From Candidatus Aenigmatarchaeota archaeon (GTDB lineage Archaea > Aenigmatarchaeota > Aenigmatarchaeia > CG10238-14), in assembly GCA_030018415.1 (NCBI GenBank), contig JASEGC010000001.1, positions 407,033 to 471,032 on the forward strand: DNA of 64,000 nt, read 5' to 3'. The notes below the pieces were generated by a model. The model was given only the letters and a program-made list of their open reading frames with translations. It was not told where the DNA came from and did no database searches. Numbering within the stretch: the stretch's first letter is position 1; each line of letters starts with the position of its first letter. This document shows positions 30,402-40,123 of this stretch, piece after piece. Both the position numbers and the translations under genes were made by a program.

Positions 30402-31655
30402 ATGGAGTACAAAGTAAAAGATTTGAGTTTCGCAAAGCAAGGAAAACTGAGCATTGCTTGGGCAGAAAGTCGAATGCCAGTTCTCATGAAGATAAGGGAA
30501 GAATTTGAAAAAAAGAAGCCTTTCAAAGGTTTGACAATCTCTGCCGCTTTGCACGTAACCAAAGAGACTGCCGTTCTGATGAGGACTCTAAAATCTGGTG
30601 GAGCAGGAGTTGCTCTATGTGCTGCCAATCCTCTATCGACTCAAGACGATGTTGCCGCTGCTTTAGTTGAAGAAGGTATCAATGTTTTCGCTTGGGCAGG
30701 AGAAACTGAAGAAGAATATTACTGGTGCATGAATCAAGTCCTAGATTTTAAACCAAATGTTACTCTGGATGATGGCGGTGATCTAGTAAACACCATTCAT
30801 ACAAAAAGACAAGACTTGATAAAGAACGTTTTTGGTGGACAAGAAGAAACAACAACTGGTGTAATAAGATTGAGAGCGATGGTAAGAGATCGTGTATTAA
30901 AATATCCAATGTTTGCGATAAACGATACCCCAACCAAGGGCATGTTTGATAATATTCATGGAACGGGTCAGTCTACAATTGATGGAATAATGAGAGCAAC
31001 TAGTATGATGATCGCAGGAAAAACTTTTGTCGTATGCGGATATGGTCGTTGTGGTTATGGATTGGCAAATAGAGCAAAAGGCATGGGAGCTAACGTAATA
31101 GTCACAGAAGTTGAACCTGTAAGAGCTTTGCAAGCAGTAATGGATGGATACAGAGTCATGCCGTTAAAAGAAGCAGCAAAGATAGGAGACGTTTTCATCA
31201 CGGTTACTGGTGACAGAGATGTCATAAGAGAGGAACACATGGAACTGATGAAAGATGGAGCTATAATTGGCAATACAGGTCATTTTAACGTCGAAATAAA
31301 CATCGAAGATTTAGAAAGTTTGTCAAAGAGCAAAAGAGAGATAAGAAAACATGTCGAGGAATATACTCTGAAGAACGGGAAGAAAATATACCTACTCGGC
31401 AAGGGCAGAGTAATCAATCTTGTAGCAGCAGAGGGTCATCCTTCAGACGTAATGGACATGTCCTTCTCAGATCATGCTCTATGTTGTGAATACTTAGTTA
31501 AGAATTATAAGAAATTGAAACCAGATGTATACAACGTGCCGAAAGAGGTTGACGATAGAGTCGCACAATTGAAACTAGAATCCATGGGAATAAAGATAGA
31601 TCAACTGACAGAAAAACAGAAAAAATACTTGTCAGATTGGAAGGAAGGAACCTAA
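30402..31655 (+). CDS. ahcY: S-adenosyl-L-homocysteine hydrolase
   Basis: EETTTGV, VCGYGRCGYGLA (NAD-binding site) and NTGHFNVEI. 417 aa. Confidence 0.95.
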   Translation: MEYKVKDLSFAKQGKLSIAWAESRMPVLMKIREEFEKKKPFKGLTISAALHVTKETAVLMRTLKSGGAGVALCAANPLSTQDDVAAALVEEGINVFAWAGETEEEYYWCMNQVLDFKPNVTLDDGGDLVNTIHTKRQDLIKNVFGGQEETTTGVIRLRAMVRDRVLKYPMFAINDTPTKGMFDNIHGTGQSTIDGIMRATSMMIAGKTFVVCGYGRCGYGLANRAKGMGANVIVTEVEPVRALQAVMDGYRVMPLKEAAKIGDVFITVTGDRDVIREEHMELMKDGAIIGNTGHFNVEINIEDLESLSKSKREIRKHVEEYTLKNGKKIYLLGKGRVINLVAAEGHPSDVMDMSFSDHALCCEYLVKNYKKLKPDVYNVPKEVDDRVAQLKLESMGIKIDQLTEKQKKYLSDWKEGT

Positions 31656-31713
31656 ATTATAGAGGAAAATTGATTTTTCTAATAAGAATCACTAACATTC
31701 AATACAGATTTAT

Positions 31714-32796
31714 ATGAAACCGAACCTAATAAGACTCCTTACATTTGCTGCAGCACAGATTTCGTTCGTTTACATAATAATATTTGCAAGAGGGTTGGGG
31801 ATATCGGATGTAGAGATAGGAATAATAGTGGCATTTTATTCACTCACACTCTTCTTTTCATCCTACATCTTTGGTCGTGCTTCTGATAGGTATGGAAGAA
31901 AAATATTCATGCTCATAGGATTGTTGGCTGCAACTATCGCATTTTTCTTACAAACATTTGCTCATGATTACACCTCCTTATTACTCATTCGTATCTTGGT
32001 AGGATTCTGTGTAGGAATTTATCCCTCAGCTTTAGTTGCTTACGTTCATGAGATGAAGAAGAATATGGGCAAGTTTGCATCTTTTGGATCTTTGGGTTGG
32101 TTTTTTGGTTTGATGGTAGCAGGCATAACAGCTACTTACTTCACGATAAAAGGGATTTTCATCCTGAGTTCGTTGTTTTCTCTACTAGCATTTCTAGTTA
32201 CATTCACGTTAGAACCAGTCAAGTACAAACCCATAAAAGTTCCTTTCTTTCCCTTGAAAATATTGAAGAAGAATAAGTCTGTCTATCTGAGTGTGTTGAT
32301 TCGTCATAGCGGAGCATACATAATCTGGACATTTTGGCCCCTTTACCTGATGTCTCTAGGTGCAGACTTGTTCTGGGTTGCCATCATCGAAGCTGTCAAT
32401 TCATTTACTCAATTTTTGTTTATGTTTGCTATAACAGACAGGTTCAAGAGTATCTTATTGCTGAAGATTGGTCTTTTGTTTTCTGCACTCACTTTTTTCA
32501 GTTTCACGCTGGCATTGAATTTTTGGCAAATATTACCGATTCAAGTTCTTTTAGGGATATCATGGTCATTCGTGTACGTTGGGGCTTTAAGACATTTAAC
32601 TGAGAGAAATGTTGAAAAGGCTACTGTGTCTGGAATCTTGGATTCTGTGTTGAGTTTATCATCGATCGTTGGTCCTATTTTAGCTACCATTATACTTTCA
32701 TTCGGGAATTACAGGATGACCATGTACGTCGCATCTCTTTTAGCATTCATAAGTTTTTTTGTTTTCAATATTTTTAAATCAAAAAATTTTCTTTAG
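31714..32796 (+). CDS. MFS-type transporter
   Basis: About 11-12 hydrophobic segments and the GRASDRYGRK loop-2/3 motif. Confidence 0.7.
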   Translation: MKPNLIRLLTFAAAQISFVYIIIFARGLGISDVEIGIIVAFYSLTLFFSSYIFGRASDRYGRKIFMLIGLLAATIAFFLQTFAHDYTSLLLIRILVGFCVGIYPSALVAYVHEMKKNMGKFASFGSLGWFFGLMVAGITATYFTIKGIFILSSLFSLLAFLVTFTLEPVKYKPIKVPFFPLKILKKNKSVYLSVLIRHSGAYIIWTFWPLYLMSLGADLFWVAIIEAVNSFTQFLFMFAITDRFKSILLLKIGLLFSALTFFSFTLALNFWQILPIQVLLGISWSFVYVGALRHLTERNVEKATVSGILDSVLSLSSIVGPILATIILSFGNYRMTMYVASLLAFISFFVFNIFKSKNFL

Positions 32797-33528
32797 CTCT
32801 GTAAGATTCTTTATTACTAAGTCTGGTTTTTCTTTCATCTTTACATTATACTTTCTCCATGGCATTGTTTTCGCATATCTTTTTGGAGGTTTATAGAGTA
32901 TCATTTTCATCCCTAACTTTTTTGGGGTTGGCATATCCCTCAATGGATCATCGCCGACATAAACACATTTCTCTGGTTTTTGTTTGAAGAAATTTAACAT
33001 CTTAAGAAAAATTCTCTTATCTGGCTTCTCGACACCAGCTTCTTCTGATGAAATCGTAAAATCAAAATATTTTCTTATGCCAAGCCACTCTAAAATGGAA
33101 TAAAGATCAATAGCTCTGCCATTGGATATTACACCCAATCTTTTCCCATTTCCTCTCAGATAATTTAGAGTATTTTCTATTTCTTTTTTCCTCTTATAAG
33201 ATTTCAACATCTTCTTGTATTCAGTGCGGTAGACTTTGATTATTTCTAAAGCTAGGAATGCACTCTCACTTGGTTTTACTCCCAATTTTTCTAAGGCACG
33301 CCAGACTATAGGTTCTTCGAGAGCAAAATGAGTCACATATGGGTAGTTTATTTCTTTGTTCGCTTGTATGAACGCTTCTCTGACTTTGTTCTCACTTTTT
33401 CTAACAACAGAAGAAACAAACTTCACGAGTCTTCTATCGAGTATATCTTCGAATGGGTCAAAAACGAGAGTGTTTCCATAATCGAAAATGACTACTCTAA
33501 CATCCTGAAATTTTTCCATGAGAATCAT
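32779..33528 (-). CDS. HAD-superfamily hydrolase
   Basis: VVIFDYGNTLV (motif I), GVISNG (motif II) and YVGDDPLRD (motif III/IV). Confidence 0.7.
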   Translation of the reverse strand: MILMEKFQDVRVVIFDYGNTLVFDPFEDILDRRLVKFVSSVVRKSENKVREAFIQANKEINYPYVTHFALEEPIVWRALEKLGVKPSESAFLALEIIKVYRTEYKKMLKSYKRKKEIENTLNYLRGNGKRLGVISNGRAIDLYSILEWLGIRKYFDFTISSEEAGVEKPDKRIFLKMLNFFKQKPEKCVYVGDDPLRDMPTPKKLGMKMILYKPPKRYAKTMPWRKYNVKMKEKPDLVIKNLTELKKIF

Positions 33529-33619
33529 TCCTTTAAAGTTAGTTGTGTATATTAATCTTTGGGAGGTCTGACAAAAATATTTAAATCTGCCTCTCTTAGA
33601 ATAATGTCACAGTGATGTC

Positions 33620-33940
33620 ATGCAGATAGCCAGAATCAAGCTTTCAGGACGAGATCCAAAACAGTTGGACGAGATTTGTGTAGAGATAATAGGGATTGCC
33701 AAGAAATTTGGGATTGATTATAAAGGACCGATTCCTTTACCGACGAAGAAACTGAGAGTAGCGCCGATGAAGACCCCTTGTGGTGATGGGACGGGACATG
33801 GTAACACGACATTTGACCGCTGGGAATTGAGGATTCACAAGAGATTAATAGACATGCAGGCTGATGATAGAGCATTGAGACAAGTTCTAAGAGTTGCTAT
33901 ACCTCAAGGAACCCATGTGTCCATCCGTCTCCAGGACTAA
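33620..33940 (+). CDS. rps10: ribosomal protein S10 (uS10)
   Basis: ARIKLSGRDPKQLDEICVEI...GPIPLPTKKL...TFDRWELRIHKRLIDM. Normally sits directly after tuf. Confidence 0.9.
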   Translation: MQIARIKLSGRDPKQLDEICVEIIGIAKKFGIDYKGPIPLPTKKLRVAPMKTPCGDGTGHGNTTFDRWELRIHKRLIDMQADDRALRQVLRVAIPQGTHVSIRLQD

Positions 33941-34066
33941 TTCAATAATTTGCGAGATATTGTACTGTTTGTTATAAGATTAAGAAACTTACTATGTGAA
34001 ATTCCCTTTATCAGTATCGGTGAATGATTTAAAAACATGCTAGAAAATATTTTTGAGTGAAGAAGG

Positions 34067-34858
34067 ATGAAAATTCCTACTCAAAAGCTGAGGAGTAACT
34101 ATTCCATTCCTGTTTTGGGATTAGGTACTTGGCAACTCTTGGGAAAAGAATGTGAAAGAGCTGTTAGAAAAGCCTTAGAGATGGGATACAGACATATAGA
34201 TACCGCTGAAATCTACGATAATCAAACGGAAATCGGAAAGGCAATCCAAGGGTTCGATCGTTCAGAACTTTTCATCACTTCAAAGGTTTGGGAAACGAAT
34301 TTGCGATTCAAGAGTGTTCTCAAGGCTTGTGAATCAACTTTGAAAGAGCTGAATACTTCCTACCTAGACCTTTACCTTATCCATTGGCCGAACCCTTCTG
34401 TTCTACTTGAAGAGACTTTCCGAGCGATGAAAATTCTGCATGAAGATGGCAAAGTAAGGAGTATAGGAGTGAGTAATTTCGGTCTTCCTCTTCTTAAGCA
34501 AGCTTTGGAAGTTGAGGAAATACCAGTTTGTGTTGATCAGGTTGAATTTCATCCCTATCTCTACCAAAAAGAATTACTTGAGTTCTGTAAGAAGCATGAT
34601 ATTGTCTTTGTTGCTTACTCTCCTTTAGCGAGAGGGAAAATACTCGATGACAAAACGATCAAAGAATTGGCAGATAAATATGGGAAAAGTCCGGCTCAAA
34701 TTTCTCTGAGATGGATACTTCAAAAAGGTGCAATAACAATACCAAAAGCAAGTTCAGAGGAGCATCTTAAGGAGAACATGGACGTCTTTGATTGGAAACT
34801 TTCAAAGAGAGATGTGAGTAAAATCGATTCGATTAAAATTCAAAAAAAAGGCTCATAA
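34067..34858 (+). CDS. aldo/keto reductase
   Basis: GLGTWQL, YRHIDTAEIY, LFITSKVW, LDLYLIHWP and IGVSNF. Confidence 0.9.
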   Translation: MKIPTQKLRSNYSIPVLGLGTWQLLGKECERAVRKALEMGYRHIDTAEIYDNQTEIGKAIQGFDRSELFITSKVWETNLRFKSVLKACESTLKELNTSYLDLYLIHWPNPSVLLEETFRAMKILHEDGKVRSIGVSNFGLPLLKQALEVEEIPVCVDQVEFHPYLYQKELLEFCKKHDIVFVAYSPLARGKILDDKTIKELADKYGKSPAQISLRWILQKGAITIPKASSEEHLKENMDVFDWKLSKRDVSKIDSIKIQKKGS

Positions 34859-35189
34859 ATCCTTTTAAAAAATTTAATAAAAACCCAAAAACATGGTTTA
34901 GATCACGAATTATAAAATGGTTCACAATACTTGTAAAAACTTCAAGACTGGAGTGACCTAACTTAAATTGACCATTTCAACGTTTTTTTGATCTAAGTTG
35001 TTTTGAAAGGGTTTAATAGAATATTGAAAAACTAAATTTCCCGGATTAAAATTAAATTCACATTCACTGTATAATTCTTTCATGCCGTGAAGAAAATATG
35101 TTGTTAAAGCAATTTGAAACGCCTTCTCAATCTTTCTTCTGGAAGGTACTATTAATAGAATTTATCATGTAACTAATTATGCTTTAGAA

Positions 35190-36338
35190 TTATAGAGATT
35201 TCTGTTTTATTTCAACTGATCGAAGAAAATCACCCAGTCTTCGAAGAGCTTCAATTTTCTCTTTTTTCTCTATATCCAATTCTTTAATAACGTCGCCCAT
35301 GAATTGAGAAATTTCAGAATAAGTTTTTACATCAATTGGGTGTGGTAGACCATCCTTTCCCCCCACGCAAAAACTATACTTACAGGGATCTTTCCATGAA
35401 GGTGGTTCTCCATAAATTATCTCGGATACTAAAGCTAATCCACGAGCAGTAGAAGGACCTATTCCTTGAATTCCAATCAATTCTTCATAATTTTTCGGTT
35501 GAAAATCATAAGCTCTTTCAAGAGCCTTCCAATTCACTTTTCTTGGCATCTTCAACACATCGATGAAAAATTCCTTACCCCTTTGCCCAAAAAATTCTCT
35601 GAGTTCTTTTTGGTAATGTGGTCTCAATGATAGGAGATCCTTTTTAATTCTTTCAGGACCATCCTTAACTAGATCAGTCGATACTTTTCTACAATCCTCA
35701 CTTTCTTTTGCAGTCATGTCCAGAACATTCTCTTTGAACCTATCCCCAACTATAGCATCATGTGGTTCAACGACAAAACTTTTTACATGGTCTGATAACC
35801 AATGATAACGTCTTGCAGTTTGATCTTCAATACTTAACCCCTGTTGTATTACTGACCATTTTCCATCCTCTTTGAACACGAATGAGTGATGATATAGAGG
35901 GTAGCCTGCTTGTATAAGAGTATTGTCCACTTTTGCAGCCATTCTACTTGAGTATAACAAATTTTCAATTTTATGAGAAGATAAAGAAAACATGTTTCCT
36001 ATTTTTCGAATTTCTTCTGGTGTTCTTCTTGATATTTTTCCCTTCCCTCCAGTAATAGCAATGCCAGTTTCCTCAGGTTTTAACGCCATCTTAAGAGCAC
36101 CCATAGTTACAGTAGTAGCGCCACTTGAATGGAAATCCCAACCCAGAACACATGAAAATGCCTGAAACCAGAATGGGTTAGAAACTCTTCTTAAGAACTC
36201 GTCATTTCCATATTCATAAATGATTACTTCAACTATACATTTTCCTAATTTAACCATTCTTTCAAATAGCCATCGTGGGGCTTTTCCGTGATGTAAAGGT
36301 AGTTCAGTAACACCGACTAATTTCAAAATATCACTCAT
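35190..36338 (-). CDS. DUF763-family protein
   Basis: The N-terminus ELPLHHGKAPRWLFERMVKLG...LRRVSNPFWFQAFSCVLGWDFHSSGATT matches my memory of the DUF763 family. Function unknown. Confidence 0.55.
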   Translation of the reverse strand: MSDILKLVGVTELPLHHGKAPRWLFERMVKLGKCIVEVIIYEYGNDEFLRRVSNPFWFQAFSCVLGWDFHSSGATTVTMGALKMALKPEETGIAITGGKGKISRRTPEEIRKIGNMFSLSSHKIENLLYSSRMAAKVDNTLIQAGYPLYHHSFVFKEDGKWSVIQQGLSIEDQTARRYHWLSDHVKSFVVEPHDAIVGDRFKENVLDMTAKESEDCRKVSTDLVKDGPERIKKDLLSLRPHYQKELREFFGQRGKEFFIDVLKMPRKVNWKALERAYDFQPKNYEELIGIQGIGPSTARGLALVSEIIYGEPPSWKDPCKYSFCVGGKDGLPHPIDVKTYSEISQFMGDVIKELDIEKKEKIEALRRLGDFLRSVEIKQKSL

Positions 36339-36523
36339 TTTTAAGAGTTACGACTACATTTTTTGGATAATCTGCTAAATTTTCTACATGAAATTCTGAA
36401 TTCATATTTGACATAAATTGAAATATAAATATCAAACTTTCAGAAGAGTAGAGTTGTGATGAACGTTAGAGAACAATTCGAATAGTGTCAAATAATAAAT
36501 AAATTGATGTTGAAAGATATTTT

Positions 36524-37498
36524 ATGAAAATTCTTCCATTGGCATTTGATAGTTTTGGTACTCGTTCAATGAGCACGTTCGTAAAAACAGAGGATGTTAG
36601 TATTCTGATAGACCCTGGCACCTCCTTGGCGCCGATAAGGTCAGGATACCCCCCTCATCCAATTGAATTAAAAAGACTCGATGAACACTGGAAGGATATA
36701 ACTGAGTTTGCAAAAAAATCAGACATTTTGATAGTAACCCACTATCATTTCGACCATTTTAACCCGTTCGAAAACTTGGAAATATACGAAGGTAAGACCG
36801 TGCTAGTAAAACATCCAACTGAAAAGATAAACTACAGTCAGAAAGGCAGGGCTGCATTCTTCTTAGAACAGATAAAAGATTTACCGAAAAAACTAGAGTA
36901 TGCTGACGGGAAAGAATTTAAGTTCGGTGAGACTAGAGTAAAGTTATCCCAACCTGTTTTCCACGGGACCAATCCACGCTTGGGTTTTGTTTTCGAAGTC
37001 TTAATAGATGATGGAGAGTATAAATTCATTCATTCCTCAGACGTGGAAGGTCCAAGTCAGCAAGATCAAGTCGATTTTATACTTCAGAACAAACCAAACC
37101 TGGTTTTCTTAGACGGTCCTCTTTCTTATATGATGTACAGGTTTGGAGTCAAGGCGATGGAGAGTTCTGTCAAGAACATGATCAAGATTCTTGAAAGTTG
37201 TCCTCTCGATGCTTTGATAGTAGACCATCATTTTCTAAGGGATTTAAGATGGAAGGAAAAGATTTCAGAAGTTTTCAAGGCTGCTGAGAAGAAGAAAGTT
37301 GAAGTCAAGACTAGTGCGGAGTTTGTCGGTAAAAAGACTGAGATGTTGGAAGCCCATAGAAAAGAGTTGTATCAAAAGTATCCTGAGATGAAAATTGAAA
37401 CTACAAAGAAAATACTAGAAGATAATACCATGAAAAAGCCGTTCTTTCCCTATCAGTTCAGAGAAAATCAGGAAGAAGCCGTAGATTTTATCATCTAA
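36524..37498 (+). CDS. metallo-beta-lactamase-fold protein (UPF0282-like); last ~22 codons look like a foreign gene start
   Basis: FDSFGTRSMSTFVKTEDVSILIDPG and THYHFDHFNP. The tail MKKPFFPYQFRENQEEAVDFII resembles a helicase N-terminus and stops just before the tRNA-derived repeat. Confidence 0.6.
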   Translation: MKILPLAFDSFGTRSMSTFVKTEDVSILIDPGTSLAPIRSGYPPHPIELKRLDEHWKDITEFAKKSDILIVTHYHFDHFNPFENLEIYEGKTVLVKHPTEKINYSQKGRAAFFLEQIKDLPKKLEYADGKEFKFGETRVKLSQPVFHGTNPRLGFVFEVLIDDGEYKFIHSSDVEGPSQQDQVDFILQNKPNLVFLDGPLSYMMYRFGVKAMESSVKNMIKILESCPLDALIVDHHFLRDLRWKEKISEVFKAAEKKKVEVKTSAEFVGKKTEMLEAHRKELYQKYPEMKIETTKKILEDNTMKKPFFPYQFRENQEEAVDFII

Positions 37499-37524
37499 AA
37501 ATTTATTATATAATTCAAATACAA

Positions 37525-37543
37525 GAGGTGGGATTTGAACCCA
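37525..37543. repeat. 19-nt direct repeat of the tRNA-Leu 3' region (second copy 37909..37927)
   Basis: GAGGTGGGATTTGAACCCA is identical at both positions. The second copy is the T-arm/acceptor part of the tRNA-Leu gene. Confidence 0.85.
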
Positions 37544-37870
37544 TCATAACTTACTCAATATAAATAAGAATAAAAATAACAAGATATAAGCGATAAAGAT
37601 ATAAATAAAAAATTTTACCAAAAGTTTTTTTGATGGAAACATCCACTTCCATCCTTTAGGTACAGGTTCAACAACAAATGCTTTATAACTAATATATCCC
37701 CAAAAAATAATGTAAGCATAAATCGGAACAATTATAATTAAAAACAAATAAAAGTTAAATGAATAAAATTCAAGAAAACGAATCAATGCAAAAGTAATTG
37801 AAAATAATATCAATAACGTCCCAAATAAAATTGAATAGAAAAATCTCATTCTTTTTTTATTCACTTCCAT
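37544..37870 (-). CDS. small integral membrane protein (108 aa), sole ORF between the tRNA-Leu repeat copies
   Basis: Three to four hydrophobic segments. No recognisable family. Confidence 0.4.
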   Translation of the reverse strand: MEVNKKRMRFFYSILFGTLLILFSITFALIRFLEFYSFNFYLFLIIIVPIYAYIIFWGYISYKAFVVEPVPKGWKWMFPSKKLLVKFFIYIFIAYILLFLFLFILSKL

Positions 37871-37903
37871 TAATTATTATTTGCTTTATTAGAATAAAAA
37901 GTG

Positions 37904-37989
37904 TGCGGGAGGTGGGATTTGAACCCACGAAGGCACTAAGCCACTGACTCCTGAAGCCAGCCCTTTAGACCAGACTTAGGTACCCCTGC
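37904..37989 (-). tRNA. tRNA-Leu(CAG), class II, no intron
   Basis: Minus strand reads GCAGGGG-TA-...-CTGGC-TTCAGGA-GTCAG, long variable arm GGC-TTAGT-GCC, then GTGGG-TTCAAAT-CCCAC-CTCCCGC-A. One A3:C70 mismatch in the acceptor stem. Confidence 0.85.
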
Positions 37990-38218
37990 TTCTTTATTTT
38001 AATGACCAATAAATGTTATTTTGATTTTTAAAAAATTTCAGCTTATTTTCTTGTTTTAGAGATCCTAAAGATTATCTACTAAAATATATGCAGACTTTAT
38101 AATCTTGAGAGAAGGTAAAGAAGATACAGAAAAAGAAAAGAGAATACTTGAAAGATTGAAACAACAAGGAACAATAAAAGAAGAGATAACGACTAAATTT
38201 AAATCTAGAAAGATAAAA

Positions 38219-38566
38219 TCACACAGGAACGGTCGCTACTGCTGTCGGAACTGGAACCCTCACATCAAATTTCCGTTTATTCACGATTATTGGAAACATC
38301 AATACAACGTAGATTATTTCCCTACCCTGATAGATATTTATACCAGCTTCTTTAACGTCTGACAAAGCATCTTTACTGATATTAATTTGAAGCATCTTAT
38401 TCAAGACTTTTGAAGCATCCAACACCTCAACAGCAACTATTTTGTTGTCTGAAGAAAAATCTATAACAAAATTTTCAATATCTAGACTATCTTTAACCTT
38501 CTCTCCAGTATACACGTAAAGGACATCATTCTCATAATCGTAATCTACCTTAGCCTTTTTAACCAT
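38219..38566 (-). CDS. DUF2283-family protein (putative antitoxin partner)
   Basis: KVDYDYENDVLYVYTGEKVKDSLDIENFVIDFSSDNKIVAVEVLDASK is the DUF2283 pattern. Overlaps the upstream DUF4258 gene. Confidence 0.55.
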   Translation of the reverse strand: MVKKAKVDYDYENDVLYVYTGEKVKDSLDIENFVIDFSSDNKIVAVEVLDASKVLNKMLQINISKDALSDVKEAGINIYQGREIIYVVLMFPIIVNKRKFDVRVPVPTAVATVPV

Positions 38567-38874
38567 TTTTCAAACACCTTTCTCCTTTTCTTATTTTGTA
38601 CATATGCAGTTATAACATTTAAAGATTGTTCTTTTATAGATATGACAATCTTCAGGTCATACTTATTGGATTTGTGGAATAAAAGTCCATATTTATGTCC
38701 TTTGACTTCTTCGCCTTGATCTTCTATGTTTTCTAATTTTTTAGGGTATTTCAAATGATTTTTTACTTCATCTTCAGTAATACCACGTAATCTTACCTTT
38801 GGTCCGTAAAAATGTTTGCTGAAAGTTATTACCTCGATGGATCCCAGTTTCTTCTTCATTTCTTCAATGTCCAT
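38545..38874 (-). CDS. DUF4258-family protein (putative toxin partner)
   Basis: 109 aa containing FSKHFYGPKVRLRGITEDEVKNHL. Typical DUF4258/DUF2283 gene pair arrangement. Confidence 0.5.
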   Translation of the reverse strand: MDIEEMKKKLGSIEVITFSKHFYGPKVRLRGITEDEVKNHLKYPKKLENIEDQGEEVKGHKYGLLFHKSNKYDLKIVISIKEQSLNVITAYVQNKKRRKVFEKWLKRLR

Positions 38875-38982
38875 AGGAAGATATCTGAATTTTGATTTTA
38901 AAATTGTTATTGAAACAACAAGGATTATTGAAAGAAGAGATAACGACTAAATTTTAGAATCAACATCTTACTGAAAAATTAT

Positions 38983-40056
38983 TTAAGAATTGTTTTCATT
39001 TCTCGAAAGAGTCCAAAACACACCTTCCATCTTAACCTTCCCTTCCCCTTCCATCCTCTTCAAAGTACTTATAACCTCTTCTGCAGGTTTATTTAATTTA
39101 CCAACTAAGACACTTCCAACCATTTTTTCATTTCTCAATATTTCTATTATCCTCTGTTCCAGGGGAGGTTCAGTAGTAACTACTTTTTCAGCAGTTATCT
39201 TAGGTTCATAAACACTTTTTTTAACACTTTCTTTTATCTCAGGTTTTTTAAAGACAGAACGATCGTCCCACCATTCAGTCGGAGTTGGATATTCGTTTGC
39301 TCTTTTTTCGACATATTCGAGAAATTTTGAAAATTCATCTCTTATCATCATTTTAGTTCCTTGTATTGAACACCATAATTTTTCCATATATTTTCTTTCG
39401 GATAAGGTCAACTTTCCTTTTTTCTGAGCTTTCCTATAGTCGGCCATTCTTTTTATCATGTCTTCCAGGGCTAATAACAAATTACTTTCTATGTACCAAA
39501 GCCTTTCTAACACGTACTCGTCAAACATCGATATAGCAAAAATATTATGAACCCAATCAGAAAGAGTTTTTCTATCTTTATAATTAAAATCTGATTTTTG
39601 AATTAGATCGTTAATTCGTTTCATATCCAATTCAAAGAATTTGTAATCATTACCCAAGCCGTTCAACAAATCTGAATAGAATTGTGCCTTTGCTTCATCG
39701 CCTTTAGGTAAGTATTCTAATGCCATACTTATTAAACCATAGATTAGATTTTGAAGACCATAATTAACTGATTTTAAAATAGCCTTTTTTTTATTTTTTT
39801 CTATATATTTACCTCTTGAGGGTTCCCAATCAACAAAAGTATCTATCTCAAAGATCCAGAGATAGTCTTCTTCATTGCCGTTGATAGCAATAAAATCTCT
39901 TATTTTATCGTATTCTGGAGGTATCTCTTCTTTAAGTTGATTGAACCTTTTGAAAAAATCAGTAATGAACATCCTCAACTCCGTGTTCTCTTCAAGATTG
40001 TAAAGCATTGTTTGAAGATCGTCTAATCCTTTTTGTAAGGGTTGAAAATATTCCAT
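38983..40056 (-). CDS. hypothetical protein with C-terminal winged-helix-like segment
   Basis: 357 aa with no recognisable family. The C-terminus IIEILRNEKMVGSVLVGKLNKPAEEVISTLKRMEGEGKV looks like a wHTH. Confidence 0.35.
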   Translation of the reverse strand: MEYFQPLQKGLDDLQTMLYNLEENTELRMFITDFFKRFNQLKEEIPPEYDKIRDFIAINGNEEDYLWIFEIDTFVDWEPSRGKYIEKNKKKAILKSVNYGLQNLIYGLISMALEYLPKGDEAKAQFYSDLLNGLGNDYKFFELDMKRINDLIQKSDFNYKDRKTLSDWVHNIFAISMFDEYVLERLWYIESNLLLALEDMIKRMADYRKAQKKGKLTLSERKYMEKLWCSIQGTKMMIRDEFSKFLEYVEKRANEYPTPTEWWDDRSVFKKPEIKESVKKSVYEPKITAEKVVTTEPPLEQRIIEILRNEKMVGSVLVGKLNKPAEEVISTLKRMEGEGKVKMEGVFWTLSRNENNS

Positions 40057-40123
40057 GTCTTTAAAACTAACTGTAAAAAGATTTAAAACCTTCTAATTGA
40101 GTAGAAATTAATTGAGTGATACT

